The notes under the pieces were generated by a model. The model made no database searches. It worked only from the letters and a program-made list of their open reading frames with translations, and was not told where the DNA came from. A stretch of 59,132 bases of DNA from a virus (taxonomy: Duplodnaviria; Caudoviricetes). Below are positions 38,501-46,338 of the stretch, piece after piece (position 1 is the stretch's first letter; every line of letters starts with the position of its first letter). Both the position numbers and the translations under genes were made by a program. The stretch spans positions 1 to 59,132 of IMG/VR virus record IMGVR_UViG_3300024232_000011; one strand, given 5' to 3'.

Positions 38501-39870
38501 CTACCGGCTGCTACATGATCGACAAGGTGACGCTGCCTAGCAATGTCGTGATCGACGGTTCCGGTCAATTCTGCATGCACCCGTCATCACTCAATCCGAT
38601 GTTCGATGCGAGCACAAATTCCCATATCCGCATTCAGAACATCAGTGCCATCGGAAATCTTGCGACGGTCAAAAGCCCAAGCTCCGGAAGCGTCTTTCTA
38701 ACGTCTTCACCGGGCGCCTCTGACATCAAGGTGCAGAACACTTACCTATCGTTCTGGACGCGCCACGGCATCAACGTCGATGGCGTCGTGGGATTTGACG
38801 CATCGCACAACACGATCAACAACATCTGGTTTGGCGCTGGGATCATCGTCTCCTCAACATCGCTCAGTTCCCAGATAGTGATGAACGACAATATCGTGTC
38901 GTTTACGCAGTTCGCCGGGATCGAGACGGGGTTTGTCGGGATTGATGGGGGAACGGTCAGCGGCAATCAGATCACCTGGGGCGGCAACAATGGATACGGC
39001 GATTCGACCAGCGGCCATACGTCGGATTGTCTGACCGGCTATACCGGCAATGCGTCGAACGAGAACACGGTTGTTGCAAACAACATCCTAACGAATTGCG
39101 GTAACAACGGCATGCATTGGGGCGGCAATAACGTCCTTATCGCAAACAACGTCATCAAGACCCCGTTTGGTGCTGGGATTTTCATTGGCGCATTCCCGAA
39201 CAGCGCGCCGCCGATCCTGAACGATAACAGGATCATTGGGAACCATATCACGGGCAGGGACAACACGGACTCCACTGCAACCGGCATCAACGTCAGGAAT
39301 TTGCTCGGCGGGGTGATCTCCGGCAATACGGTGACCAATACCTATGACGGGGTGGAGACGTATGGGTTCACCTCCGGCACTGGCATTCGCGATCTATCCA
39401 TCACGGGGAATGAGTTTAATACGAACGCGATTGGCGTATGGCTGCGACACAAAACGCAATTTAGCTATGTTGGTGGCAACATAATCCACATCGCCACCAA
39501 CGGCATTCAGATTAGCAACAACGCAGTTTCTGGGGACGGAAGCTTCCCGTCCAATTCCAACACCATCGGGCCGAACGTGCATGATAGCGTCACCACGCAG
39601 ATTGTGGAGGACACTGGAACCAACTTCAATCAGATCTTCCCGCAGTCGGTTTACAACGGTTCCGGGGCAGCTGTTACGATCGTCGGCGCCGAAACGTTCA
39701 TCCAACCGACGCTCTTGCCGATCCCAATTGGCTCTCTTGGAAGCTGGAGCGCTGTGACATACAAGAACGCGTGCATCAACATCACTGGATCGACGACGAC
39801 GAACATTGCCGCCTGTTCCGATGGCACCAACTGGCGTTGGGTCAAGGATAACACCATTCCGACGACATAG
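35527..39870 (+). CDS. Large tailspike/depolymerase with a C-terminal right-handed beta-helix and an N-terminal signal peptide
   Basis: DIRALGAVGNG...DTTAVQNAVN...VYVP..G.Y; Asn-ladder repeats (I.GN.I, NN.I); begins MNKSSNLLVTTALVAVGTLAALMPPRPARA|QQ. Confidence 0.88.
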   Translation: MNKSSNLLVTTALVAVGTLAALMPPRPARAQQGFNSGGLNTCSIIYNQNLQAISTCYGYINGTPTFFTQQPTGSNLALQFDNFVGQTGHTPAPISISTSGSVTIAGGISFGGTINVGLPGIQWNLPNPHFTGQTTAQKSLWDEEVPTINGTLGCGTLCARAPEYDITTENYKDTVWMNNGAFTAAHHNFYFFGPSAGGKLDYILDMRQAGPLTPDVTTTSTGGVAQKQSSIGVLNPWLSINDTAGGSVDGLGIIRPFGLAYGGNPKVTLSGQGPGHAGASMWAALVANGEVDLGIDPSQNTITATGSVTIGDTLSIAIGSTVNPGFGTVTVSTIAQSGDTIGLLMQKLCAQIKFNTTLNFNGVGAGCFGATDTLNSQLKISWPLTSLIGTGGSTDVTITPTVTGAGTEVLTLGTAVPGASARLKSAQSIVELKTDGSNGFGNDAAWYFSKQSNGAGWSSGGWRSIWEIGGGGSAAFDDINSQDIEPSSWPMRFDADLIMFVPQTNVSGSPDAPVQAMQLHSVVDARNVDFLTAGGGPVLSPSYQLWGNGDQTIGSGTLSRLTGSASAAGVVLSASGWEGTAVVLVNGGGSNCGTADPTCLQHRYYNGDICPDAVGGLYQVDTTGATGNVLTFHPVVQGSHTGFPSAAAGSVPATNQPVIGCSGTGWVNGITWTAGNTVRIGGTGQTVDIEGTLADHGAVVLDIRALGAVGNGGQYTSTFSIGASSTTLTATSPVFANATPGMFIGVPTAGARGATGSITSLPISTHGSGYTSAPVVTFSGSPTEAATVLPVMGLDAATKTAGGTGCPASTTVTFNVATVTAIVPVQISMATDGSGNATGTPTIVAGQWLNRFPALTGNVAVGSSCSVQPTFSFDVDVDHFCVGNTPGTPVAQMCVASGYGSGYPLVGTTATLTGGSPSVAATPGTPVVTPYVQTLGTTIATVVNSNTITLSAAATTASTPSVVTYGSLDTTAVQNAVNLASATGKGVYVPNSTGCYMIDKVTLPSNVVIDGSGQFCMHPSSLNPMFDASTNSHIRIQNISAIGNLATVKSPSSGSVFLTSSPGASDIKVQNTYLSFWTRHGINVDGVVGFDASHNTINNIWFGAGIIVSSTSLSSQIVMNDNIVSFTQFAGIETGFVGIDGGTVSGNQITWGGNNGYGDSTSGHTSDCLTGYTGNASNENTVVANNILTNCGNNGMHWGGNNVLIANNVIKTPFGAGIFIGAFPNSAPPILNDNRIIGNHITGRDNTDSTATGINVRNLLGGVISGNTVTNTYDGVETYGFTSGTGIRDLSITGNEFNTNAIGVWLRHKTQFSYVGGNIIHIATNGIQISNNAVSGDGSFPSNSNTIGPNVHDSVTTQIVEDTGTNFNQIFPQSVYNGSGAAVTIVGAETFIQPTLLPIPIGSLGSWSAVTYKNACINITGSTTTNIAACSDGTNWRWVKDNTIPTT

Positions 39871-39878
39871 GAGATTTC

Positions 39879-40160
39879 ATGCGCCTTTCTCTTTTCGCTG
39901 CCGCTGTCACCCTGGTCGCGTTGCCAGCGCTTGCGCAGACACCGCCGACCGAACAGGACTGGCAGAGTATGGCGGCGTCGCTCCAACAACAACTGATGGA
40001 CGCCATGTCTGCGCGCATGCAAAACGACACCAAGATGCTGAAACAACTTCAGGCGGCGTCTGCACGGGCTGCGGTTGCCGAGGCCAAACTTGTGGAGATG
40101 GAGAAGAAAGGCGTCGGCCCGCAACCTGCGCCGGCTGCGTCTGCTGTGCCTGCGAAATAG
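39879..40160 (+). CDS. Signal-peptide-bearing coiled-coil protein
   Basis: AGGAG RBS; MRLSLFAAAVTLVALPALA|QT. Confidence 0.8.
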   Translation: MRLSLFAAAVTLVALPALAQTPPTEQDWQSMAASLQQQLMDAMSARMQNDTKMLKQLQAASARAAVAEAKLVEMEKKGVGPQPAPAASAVPAK

Positions 40161-40163
40161 GAG

Positions 40164-41540
40164 ATGAACATGCGCCGTCTTAGCTTGTCGTTCCTGCTGA
40201 TGTCTGGGACGGCGCTTGCTCAGCAACCGCCTCCTCAGCAATCGTGGGGGCCGAGCGCACCTCCTGGCACGGCGGCTGCGACGGCTGCGCTCCCTTCGAA
40301 CGCAACGACAAATCCCTACTGCGGCAGCGGCGGCGCAGGCGTCGCGACGAATTGCGGCGCGACGCTCGTGCTGCCCAACGGCACGACTGCGACGACCCAA
40401 ACGGTTGGAGACAGCTCGACGAAGGTTGCGACGACGGCCTACGCGGACGCTACGCAAGGTGCCATATTCTGCAACGGCTCAGACGGGGTAGGCACGATCT
40501 CGTCAGGCACGACGACGCTCACCCGGGACACGTGCTACTCAAATCTGACGATCTCTGGGACCGGCAAGCTTGCGACGGTCGGCTATCGGTTGTTCGTGAG
40601 CGGCACGCTCGACATCTCGGCGGCCCCAGCAGCCGCAATTGTCATCACGACTCCGAACAACGGCGGAAATGCCAGCGGAGCCACGGGTGGATCCGCCGGC
40701 ACGACGGCCGGTGGCTTCGGCCGCGCGCTCGGATCTGGGTCTAACGGTATTGCTGGTGGTACGGGGACGACGACGACGTGCACGCAGCCGTCAGCGTCCT
40801 CCGCGATAGCGGTCAGCAACGGTGGCGCTGGCGGCGCTGGTGGCACGGGTGGGAACGGAGTGAGCGGTGGCACGACTGGTGGCACCGTCGGGGCGCTCAC
40901 TGCGAACTACGTGATTCCATTCCCGACCACGACGTTCACGGCGGTCAGTTCGGCAGATGCGTTGACCGTTGTCCTCGGAGGGCCTGGCGGCGGCGGCGCG
41001 GGCTGCGGCGGGGGAGATGCCACGAACGCTGGCGGCGGCGGTGGTGGGGGAGCGGCTGGCCCAGGAGGCATCGCGATCTATGCTCACACGATCGCGCGTG
41101 GAACCAACGCCACGGCTGGGATCATTTCCGTGGTGGGCGGCACGGGCGGCAACGGGGCCAACGGAGTGGCGGGCACGGCGGGGGGCGGCGGCGGAGGAGG
41201 CGGAGCACCAGGCGGCTGGGTCTATATCGTGTGCGCCAACCTGACCGGTTCAGTGATCGCGAACGCCATCGACGTGAGCGGCAACACGGGCGGCACGGGC
41301 GGCAACTCGCCATCGACCAACAAGGGCGGCACGGGTGGGACTGGAGGCGCGGCGGGCTCGGCGCAGATGATCGTACTCTCGCAGACGGGATCGACGACTG
41401 GTATCACGAATGGCGGCACGCTATCGGCTTCCGGCTTCAACGCTACCACGTTCAACACTGCGGGGTCGGCAGCGGTGACCGCGACGACGACGGCGGGGAC
41501 GATTGGCGGGGCTGGGGCAACGTTGAAGATTGGCCTCTAG
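40164..41540 (+). CDS. Signal-peptide-bearing glycine-rich fibre-like protein
   Basis: MNMRRLSLSFLLMSGTALA|QQ; GDSSTKVATTAY fibre motif; GGxGG runs. Confidence 0.85.
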   Translation: MNMRRLSLSFLLMSGTALAQQPPPQQSWGPSAPPGTAAATAALPSNATTNPYCGSGGAGVATNCGATLVLPNGTTATTQTVGDSSTKVATTAYADATQGAIFCNGSDGVGTISSGTTTLTRDTCYSNLTISGTGKLATVGYRLFVSGTLDISAAPAAAIVITTPNNGGNASGATGGSAGTTAGGFGRALGSGSNGIAGGTGTTTTCTQPSASSAIAVSNGGAGGAGGTGGNGVSGGTTGGTVGALTANYVIPFPTTTFTAVSSADALTVVLGGPGGGGAGCGGGDATNAGGGGGGGAAGPGGIAIYAHTIARGTNATAGIISVVGGTGGNGANGVAGTAGGGGGGGGAPGGWVYIVCANLTGSVIANAIDVSGNTGGTGGNSPSTNKGGTGGTGGAAGSAQMIVLSQTGSTTGITNGGTLSASGFNATTFNTAGSAAVTATTTAGTIGGAGATLKIGL

Positions 41541-41728
41541 CACGCACGGGTATGTAACAACATGACCAAACATTTGCTCACGGCAGCGTTACCGCACTTT
41601 TACTGCGTATTTCACGCTGCGGAATCGGCACGAGTTAACAATCCCGTGCTAGGATACAATGTGTCCGCCGGAGGCGGGTGGCGAGACAATCTGTGCGTGG
41701 AGGCTGGCTCCGATGCTGGGTATACTCC

Positions 41729-42223
41729 ATGAACGCTATCGCACAGAGGCTCCGAATGGTCGAGCCGTTGCATCCTGCCGAGCCGATTGAAATGACGCGC
41801 GATGTCGTAGACCGGCTGTTTTCGCAGTTGGATGCGCTGGCGGCTCGCGTCGATCACGTCATCGAGACGCAGACTCAGCAGGAGCGCCACCTCGATCGCC
41901 AGGACGGCACGGCTGCCGAGGCGGAGCGGCAGCGTGCGGTCATGTGGAAGCGCCAGGACGAGATGGCGACCAGTCAGGACCGGCTGCTGGACGTTGCTGA
42001 GAAAGTGGACGAGCGGTTGTCAGTGGTGGAAGGTACCGTCAAATCCATTGTCGCTGAGTACGCGCCTGGCTGGCGATGGGCCACAACCTTTCGCAAGGGG
42101 CTGCTTTGGTTAGGGGTGATCACGCTGGGTGGGGCTATCACGGCGCTGGCTGGCACGACGGTGGCTTGGCTTGTCAACCATGGAGCGGCGGCTTTCTCCT
42201 GGTTCAAGCGCGGTACTGAGTGA
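41729..42223 (+). CDS. Coiled-coil protein with C-terminal TM segment (lysis-cassette-like)
   Basis: Heptad region followed by LLWLGVITLGGAITALAG; start position uncertain. Confidence 0.6.
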   Translation: MNAIAQRLRMVEPLHPAEPIEMTRDVVDRLFSQLDALAARVDHVIETQTQQERHLDRQDGTAAEAERQRAVMWKRQDEMATSQDRLLDVAEKVDERLSVVEGTVKSIVAEYAPGWRWATTFRKGLLWLGVITLGGAITALAGTTVAWLVNHGAAAFSWFKRGTE

Positions 42224-42465
42224 GCCAAACGCTCCAGATCCTCGTCGCGGCCGGCGTCGTCTTGACAGCCCTTGGCACAATCCTCTCGGCCCTTGTCTCC
42301 CTCCGCAACCGCGCTGCCCTCCGCGAACTACACCTCACGCTCAACAGCCGGCTAACGGAAATGCTGCGGATTATCGCGCAGTCCAACCAGGCCATTGGGC
42401 GAGCGGATGAGCAGCGAGATAACGCAGCGGCTGCGACGAAGAACGCGCCCCTTGGTGGGGCTTAG
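42220..42465 (+). CDS. Small N-terminal-TM protein (holin-like)
   Basis: ILVAAGVVLTALGTILSALV...LHLTLNSRLTE. Confidence 0.6.
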   Translation: MSQTLQILVAAGVVLTALGTILSALVSLRNRAALRELHLTLNSRLTEMLRIIAQSNQAIGRADEQRDNAAAATKNAPLGGA

Positions 42466-42474
42466 GAGACGACG

Positions 42475-42669
42475 ATGATCGGCCTGCTAATCGATCTCAT
42501 CATCCTGCTGATCGTTGCAGGAATCATTTACTACATCATCACGCTCATACCTCTGCCAGAGCCGTTCAAGCGGATCGTGATGATTTTGGCGCTCTTGATC
42601 TTGCTGCTGGTGGTGGTCGGGTGGCTGCTACCGATCGCAGGCATCGGGCATCCCGTGCTGTTGCGGTAG
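42475..42669 (+). CDS. Small two-TM membrane protein
   Basis: AGGAG RBS; two very hydrophobic helices around IPLPEPFK. Confidence 0.8.
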   Translation: MIGLLIDLIILLIVAGIIYYIITLIPLPEPFKRIVMILALLILLLVVVGWLLPIAGIGHPVLLR

Positions 42670-42670
42670 A

Positions 42671-42833
42671 CGCTGCGGGCCGGGCGCTACTCCGGCTGAG
42701 GCCAGCACCTAGGACTTTCTGCCGAAAGCCCCCTGATCCACCGGCAGGCGGACCTTAAACGAAGCGGAGCTATATCCCTCGGGCGCATCTGCTTCTGTTT
42801 TCCCGCGTGTCTGCTTTCCACGCCGCCGCAGCG
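42671..42833 (-). ncRNA. tRNA-like RNA with a three-hairpin domain replacing the anticodon arm
   Basis: 8-bp closing stem CGCTGCGG/CCGCAGCG; D-like arm GCGTG-GAAAGCAGA-CACGC; T-like arm GCCGG-AGTAGCGC-CCGGC; G-U pairs fit the minus strand. Confidence 0.7.
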
Positions 42834-42837
42834 CTTC

Positions 42838-42866
42838 TCTATACGCCATCTGGCGTACGAGAGCAA
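42838..42866 (-). promoter_or_regulatory. sigma70-like promoter of the tRNA-like RNA, with a palindromic operator
   Basis: TTGCTC-17 bp-TATAGA ends 4 nt before the stem; TACGCCA-N2-TGGCGTA at 42842-42857. Confidence 0.6.
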
Positions 42867-42980
42867 ACGAAACGGCCGACCCTTGCGAGCCGGCCGCTTG
42901 GTTGCTGCGATCCACCACCCCGTTCAATCGGACGTAACGGGGAACGCTTAGTCTGGCGACACCCGGAAGGGACTGGCCCC
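42865..42980 (-). ncRNA. Candidate sRNA with its own promoter and terminator
   Basis: TTGCGG-17-TATGGT promoter (43012-42984); hairpin CCCCGTT/AACGGGG; terminator GCGGCCGGCTC-GCAA-GGGTCGGCCGT-TTCGTTT. Confidence 0.55.
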
Positions 42981-43050
42981 AAGACCATACCCCACCTTCC
43001 GCCATTCCGCAATCCGTGGTATGTTCGCGAAATTGTTGCAGGAGTAACGG

Positions 43051-43482
43051 ATGAGCGGGACGCAGCCGACCACGACGGTAACGCCGGGTCAGACGATCGT
43101 GAGCCTCCTCGGCGCTCCAATCACCTCCATCCTGGCGTTCGCCGCATTCGGCATCTGTATCGCTCTTGCCTATCGACTCCCGGATCAGACCATCTTCAAC
43201 ACACTCTGTGGGTCCGCCGCTGGACTGGCGACGATGGGCGCGCAACATTGGTTCGGCAGTAGCAACTCCAGCCAAAAAAAAGATAGCACGATCGCAGCAC
43301 AGTCCGCGATGCTGGCAGCATCTGAGCCACCAAAGTCTGCCTCTGGCTCTACGACCGTCACCCAGACGCCAGCCACGACCACCGTCGAGACGCCGGCCGG
43401 GACCACGACGACAACCACGCCAGTGCCGCCGATCGTCGTTCAAGGCGGAACCATCGAAACGCCGGGCACTTCCATCCCATGA
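43051..43482 (+). CDS. Holin-like two-TM protein with a Thr/Pro-rich tail
   Basis: AGGAG RBS; TM helices followed by WFGSSNSSQKKD. Confidence 0.7.
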   Translation: MSGTQPTTTVTPGQTIVSLLGAPITSILAFAAFGICIALAYRLPDQTIFNTLCGSAAGLATMGAQHWFGSSNSSQKKDSTIAAQSAMLAASEPPKSASGSTTVTQTPATTTVETPAGTTTTTTPVPPIVVQGGTIETPGTSIP

Positions 43483-43934
43483 GGGGCATCATGCGTCCCT
43501 CCCGCTGCTATCCGTGGCGCCCGTGGAATCACCCGCACTACGATCCAAAAGCCCACTGGAGCATCGTGCTGCAAGTGCATGGCGTCTCAGTGTACCTCAA
43601 CCCGCAGGAGTCCGTTTTCATGGCAATCACCGTTTCTCTCGGCCACACGGTCGGGATGGCAATCGTCTTCCTCGATCAGAACGGCAACAAGATGCTGACC
43701 ACGCCGGTTCCCGATGTGGCACCGGTCTGGACGCAGACCACGCCGGCCACCGAGACACTGACCGTGGCGCCGGACGGGCTTACCTCCGTTGCTACGCCGG
43801 TTGCGGCCGGGTCCGACACCATCAGCCTCAGCGTCACGGTCGGCGGCGCGGCGTTCAACGCGTCGCTCGATGTGACCGTGCAGGCTGCGGCGCAGGTGTT
43901 GACCTCCGTCGCGATCGTGCCGACCGTTTCCTGA
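43479..43934 (+). CDS. Ig-like beta-sandwich protein (alternative start 43620)
   Basis: Thr/Val beta-strand pattern; CAGGAG RBS before MAIT at 43620. Confidence 0.6.
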   Translation: MRGIMRPSRCYPWRPWNHPHYDPKAHWSIVLQVHGVSVYLNPQESVFMAITVSLGHTVGMAIVFLDQNGNKMLTTPVPDVAPVWTQTTPATETLTVAPDGLTSVATPVAAGSDTISLSVTVGGAAFNASLDVTVQAAAQVLTSVAIVPTVS

Positions 43935-44130
43935 CACTAGCGCGGCGCGGGGCTTTGGTTCCGCGCCGGTTTGGAGGGCGAATGACCGACGAACAGGCTA
44001 CCGAGTGGGAACGAGATTGTCGTCACTGGCGGCGTCGGGTTCTCACTGGTGAGAAGCGCCACTGGTGCGCTGAGTGGGATTTTCTGCCGGTCGATGAGAC
44101 GTGTCCGGAATGGCCTTGTGGGTGTTTGCT

Positions 44131-44475
44131 GTGACCCGCCCCATCCTCACCTCCATTGGCGCCTTCGCGATCGTCCTCCTCCTCGCGCTCGCCGCGTGCT
44201 CCTTCATGCCGGGCGATAACGGGGGCGGCGTGCCGTACTATCCCGATCGACCGGTGCAGAAGCCCACGGCGATGAACATCATCCCATCTGTGCCGATCCG
44301 AGGCGACCACGACGCTCTCTGGTCCGTGTTCTATACCGGACAGAGCCCCAACACGGCTCCCGTCAACATCGTCGGCTTCGCTGCCACGTGCCCAACGCGC
44401 TCTGTCGAGATTCTCTCGATGGACACCCACGATTTCAGCGGACGCGTGTGCGTCGCGCAGGAGAATGCCAGATGA
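44131..44475 (+). CDS. Putative lipoprotein
   Basis: Hydrophobic leader ending in an LAAC lipobox. Confidence 0.65.
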   Translation: MTRPILTSIGAFAIVLLLALAACSFMPGDNGGGVPYYPDRPVQKPTAMNIIPSVPIRGDHDALWSVFYTGQSPNTAPVNIVGFAATCPTRSVEILSMDTHDFSGRVCVAQENAR

Positions 44476-44960
44476 AGCGCCGCCAGTTCTTTGCCGTGCC
44501 AGCCGTCCTCGCTCTTGCCGCCTGTGCGCAAGGAAACGGCGCGCCAAGCCAAACGCCAGCGCAGGTGATCGCCGATCTCCAGATCATCGCCACTGCCCTC
44601 ACCAACGACCTGGTGGTGCTAGGCATTCTGCCGGCTGACGCGCGCGCCCAGATCCAGACAGCCGTGGCGGCTATCGGCGCCGTAGCGCAGAAGGTGGCGA
44701 GCGGCGCACAGGATGGCGCCTCTGGTGTGCAGCAGGTCTACGCTGCCGTGCAGACCATCCTTGATGCGTCGGTAGCCTACACGTCGCTCTTGCCCAAGCA
44801 GTGGGTGGACGGAATCGCAGCGGCTCAGACGCTGTTGCCTGTTCTGGCGCTGCTGGTGGGCATCAATCTTGCCCCGCCGGCTCCTGCTGCCTCGGTTCTG
44901 CCAAAGCCCGCGCCTGCTCAGGCTCGTGCGATGCTGACGCTACACGCTGGGAGTCAGTAG
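44472..44960 (+). CDS. Putative lipoprotein with a twin-arginine-like leader
   Basis: AGGAG RBS; MKRRQFFAVPAVLALAAC. Confidence 0.7.
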   Translation: MKRRQFFAVPAVLALAACAQGNGAPSQTPAQVIADLQIIATALTNDLVVLGILPADARAQIQTAVAAIGAVAQKVASGAQDGASGVQQVYAAVQTILDASVAYTSLLPKQWVDGIAAAQTLLPVLALLVGINLAPPAPAASVLPKPAPAQARAMLTLHAGSQ

Positions 44961-45065
44961 CATGCGTGAAGCACAGCCCACCGCGCCACGCTAGTCTGCG
45001 GCATTGACGGTGCGCGCGATTGCCTTCGATCGGACCCGTGTGGCGCGATAGGTCGCGGGTCCAGA

Positions 45066-45326
45066 TCAGGGCGGTGCAGCGGAGGCGGGGGTCTGGGAAC
45101 ACGCGTCGATGCTTCTCCTTGCCTGCTTCATCGTGTTGCTCACTGCATACTCTGGAACCGCTGGCGTTGAAGCCAACGTCAGCGTGATCTCCCGCCCGTT
45201 CTTTGCCACCCGCAAACGCAAATGTCGTCCAGTCCATGCGTCCAGCACGGTGAAGCCTTCTTCGGCCAGACGATCGCGTAATTGGCGATAATGCGAGTGC
45301 TGTCTGTGCCAGGGGATGGTGGTCAT
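45066..45326 (-). CDS. HicA-like small protein
   Basis: LAEEGFTV...TGRHLRLR...TLASTP pattern. Confidence 0.5.
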   Translation of the reverse strand: MTTIPWHRQHSHYRQLRDRLAEEGFTVLDAWTGRHLRLRVAKNGREITLTLASTPAVPEYAVSNTMKQARRSIDACSQTPASAAPP

Positions 45327-45856
45327 GCTCGTTCCGCCGCGCTAACCCAACCGTCTTTCCATTCCATCGACTTCCGTGGGTCGAGCGGCTCCCCGTTCCC
45401 GAACGCCACCTCGCCGGCCTCGCGATCGGCGGTCTGGACGTAGACGGCGGCGCGGTTGGCTGCCTCCACGTGGCATGTGCATGCAGGCTCGTCAGGCTGG
45501 CCACAGATCGAACACAGCTGCGGTCCTATTCTCGTCGCCGTTTGCTCCGCTGCACGGAGGATCTCATGCGGGCGCGTCTGGCGCACGAACTCTTCGAGGG
45601 CGGCGCGGATGGTTTGAAAATGACTCCCAGTGCTGCTAGCATACGCCCACCAGCACCGCTCCACCACCTCGTCCGTGATCGCTGGTGTGCAGTATGCGTG
45701 CGGTGAGCGGTACACGGGGCGGTATTTCAAAACGCCGTTGATATCGTAGTAGGGATCTCCCTCGGGATACGCTTCCATCCCCGCAATCCGCACCAGCGCA
45801 TCCAGCGGCGTCATCTGCCCGGACAATGCATTCCTGGCTATCATTTGCGGCGTCAC
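45323..45856 (-). CDS. Hypothetical mosaic protein
   Basis: Coupled ORF; CSIC..CTC. Confidence 0.55.
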   Translation of the reverse strand: MTPQMIARNALSGQMTPLDALVRIAGMEAYPEGDPYYDINGVLKYRPVYRSPHAYCTPAITDEVVERCWWAYASSTGSHFQTIRAALEEFVRQTRPHEILRAAEQTATRIGPQLCSICGQPDEPACTCHVEAANRAAVYVQTADREAGEVAFGNGEPLDPRKSMEWKDGWVSAAERA

Positions 45857-46338
45857 GGCATTGACTCCAGTGCTTTCAGAACCTCATCAAGCGTGATGCA
45901 GATCGTATCTGCTAGAAGCGCCATCAACTCTGGCCCTTCGCCATCTCGCGTCCAGATGATCGTTTGCTTGCCGGCGCCGATCATCCAGCCAAGTTCCAGA
46001 TGAGCAGACCTACCGCACGGTAGCAGGAGCAGACCGACATCGGCCCATTTCATGCCGTCAAAATCGCTGTTGAAGTCCCGTTGCGCCAACGGCTTTTTCA
46101 GTGCCTCTCGGTAAGTGGCTGCTGACCACGACTGCCATTGTTCGTCCAATTCCGACCATCGAAATCCATTCTCGATTCCTGCTGGCGGATTGCGAAAATC
46201 GTAGACTTCATGGCCGGCGGCACGAAGAGACCGCACAGCTTCTGGCTGCTGGATATTTCTCCAACTGGATGCCAGATAGATCTTGCGTGGCGTTATCTGC
46301 CCGGCGAGGGCATCGCGGGCGAGTTGGGTGGGGGTCAT
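45853..46338 (-). CDS. Nucleoside 2-deoxyribosyltransferase-like protein
   Basis: KIYLASSWRN...EVYDF...D..GMKWAD...GRSAHLELGW. Confidence 0.8.
   Translation of the reverse strand: MTPTQLARDALAGQITPRKIYLASSWRNIQQPEAVRSLRAAGHEVYDFRNPPAGIENGFRWSELDEQWQSWSAATYREALKKPLAQRDFNSDFDGMKWADVGLLLLPCGRSAHLELGWMIGAGKQTIIWTRDGEGPELMALLADTICITLDEVLKALESMP

Noticed and set aside
35527-41540. Diversity-generating retroelement acting on tail genes
   Set aside because: No reverse transcriptase and no TR/VR repeat pair seen.
41630-41660. CtrA binding site
   Set aside because: Only a TTAAC half-site; no TTAA-N7-TTAA.
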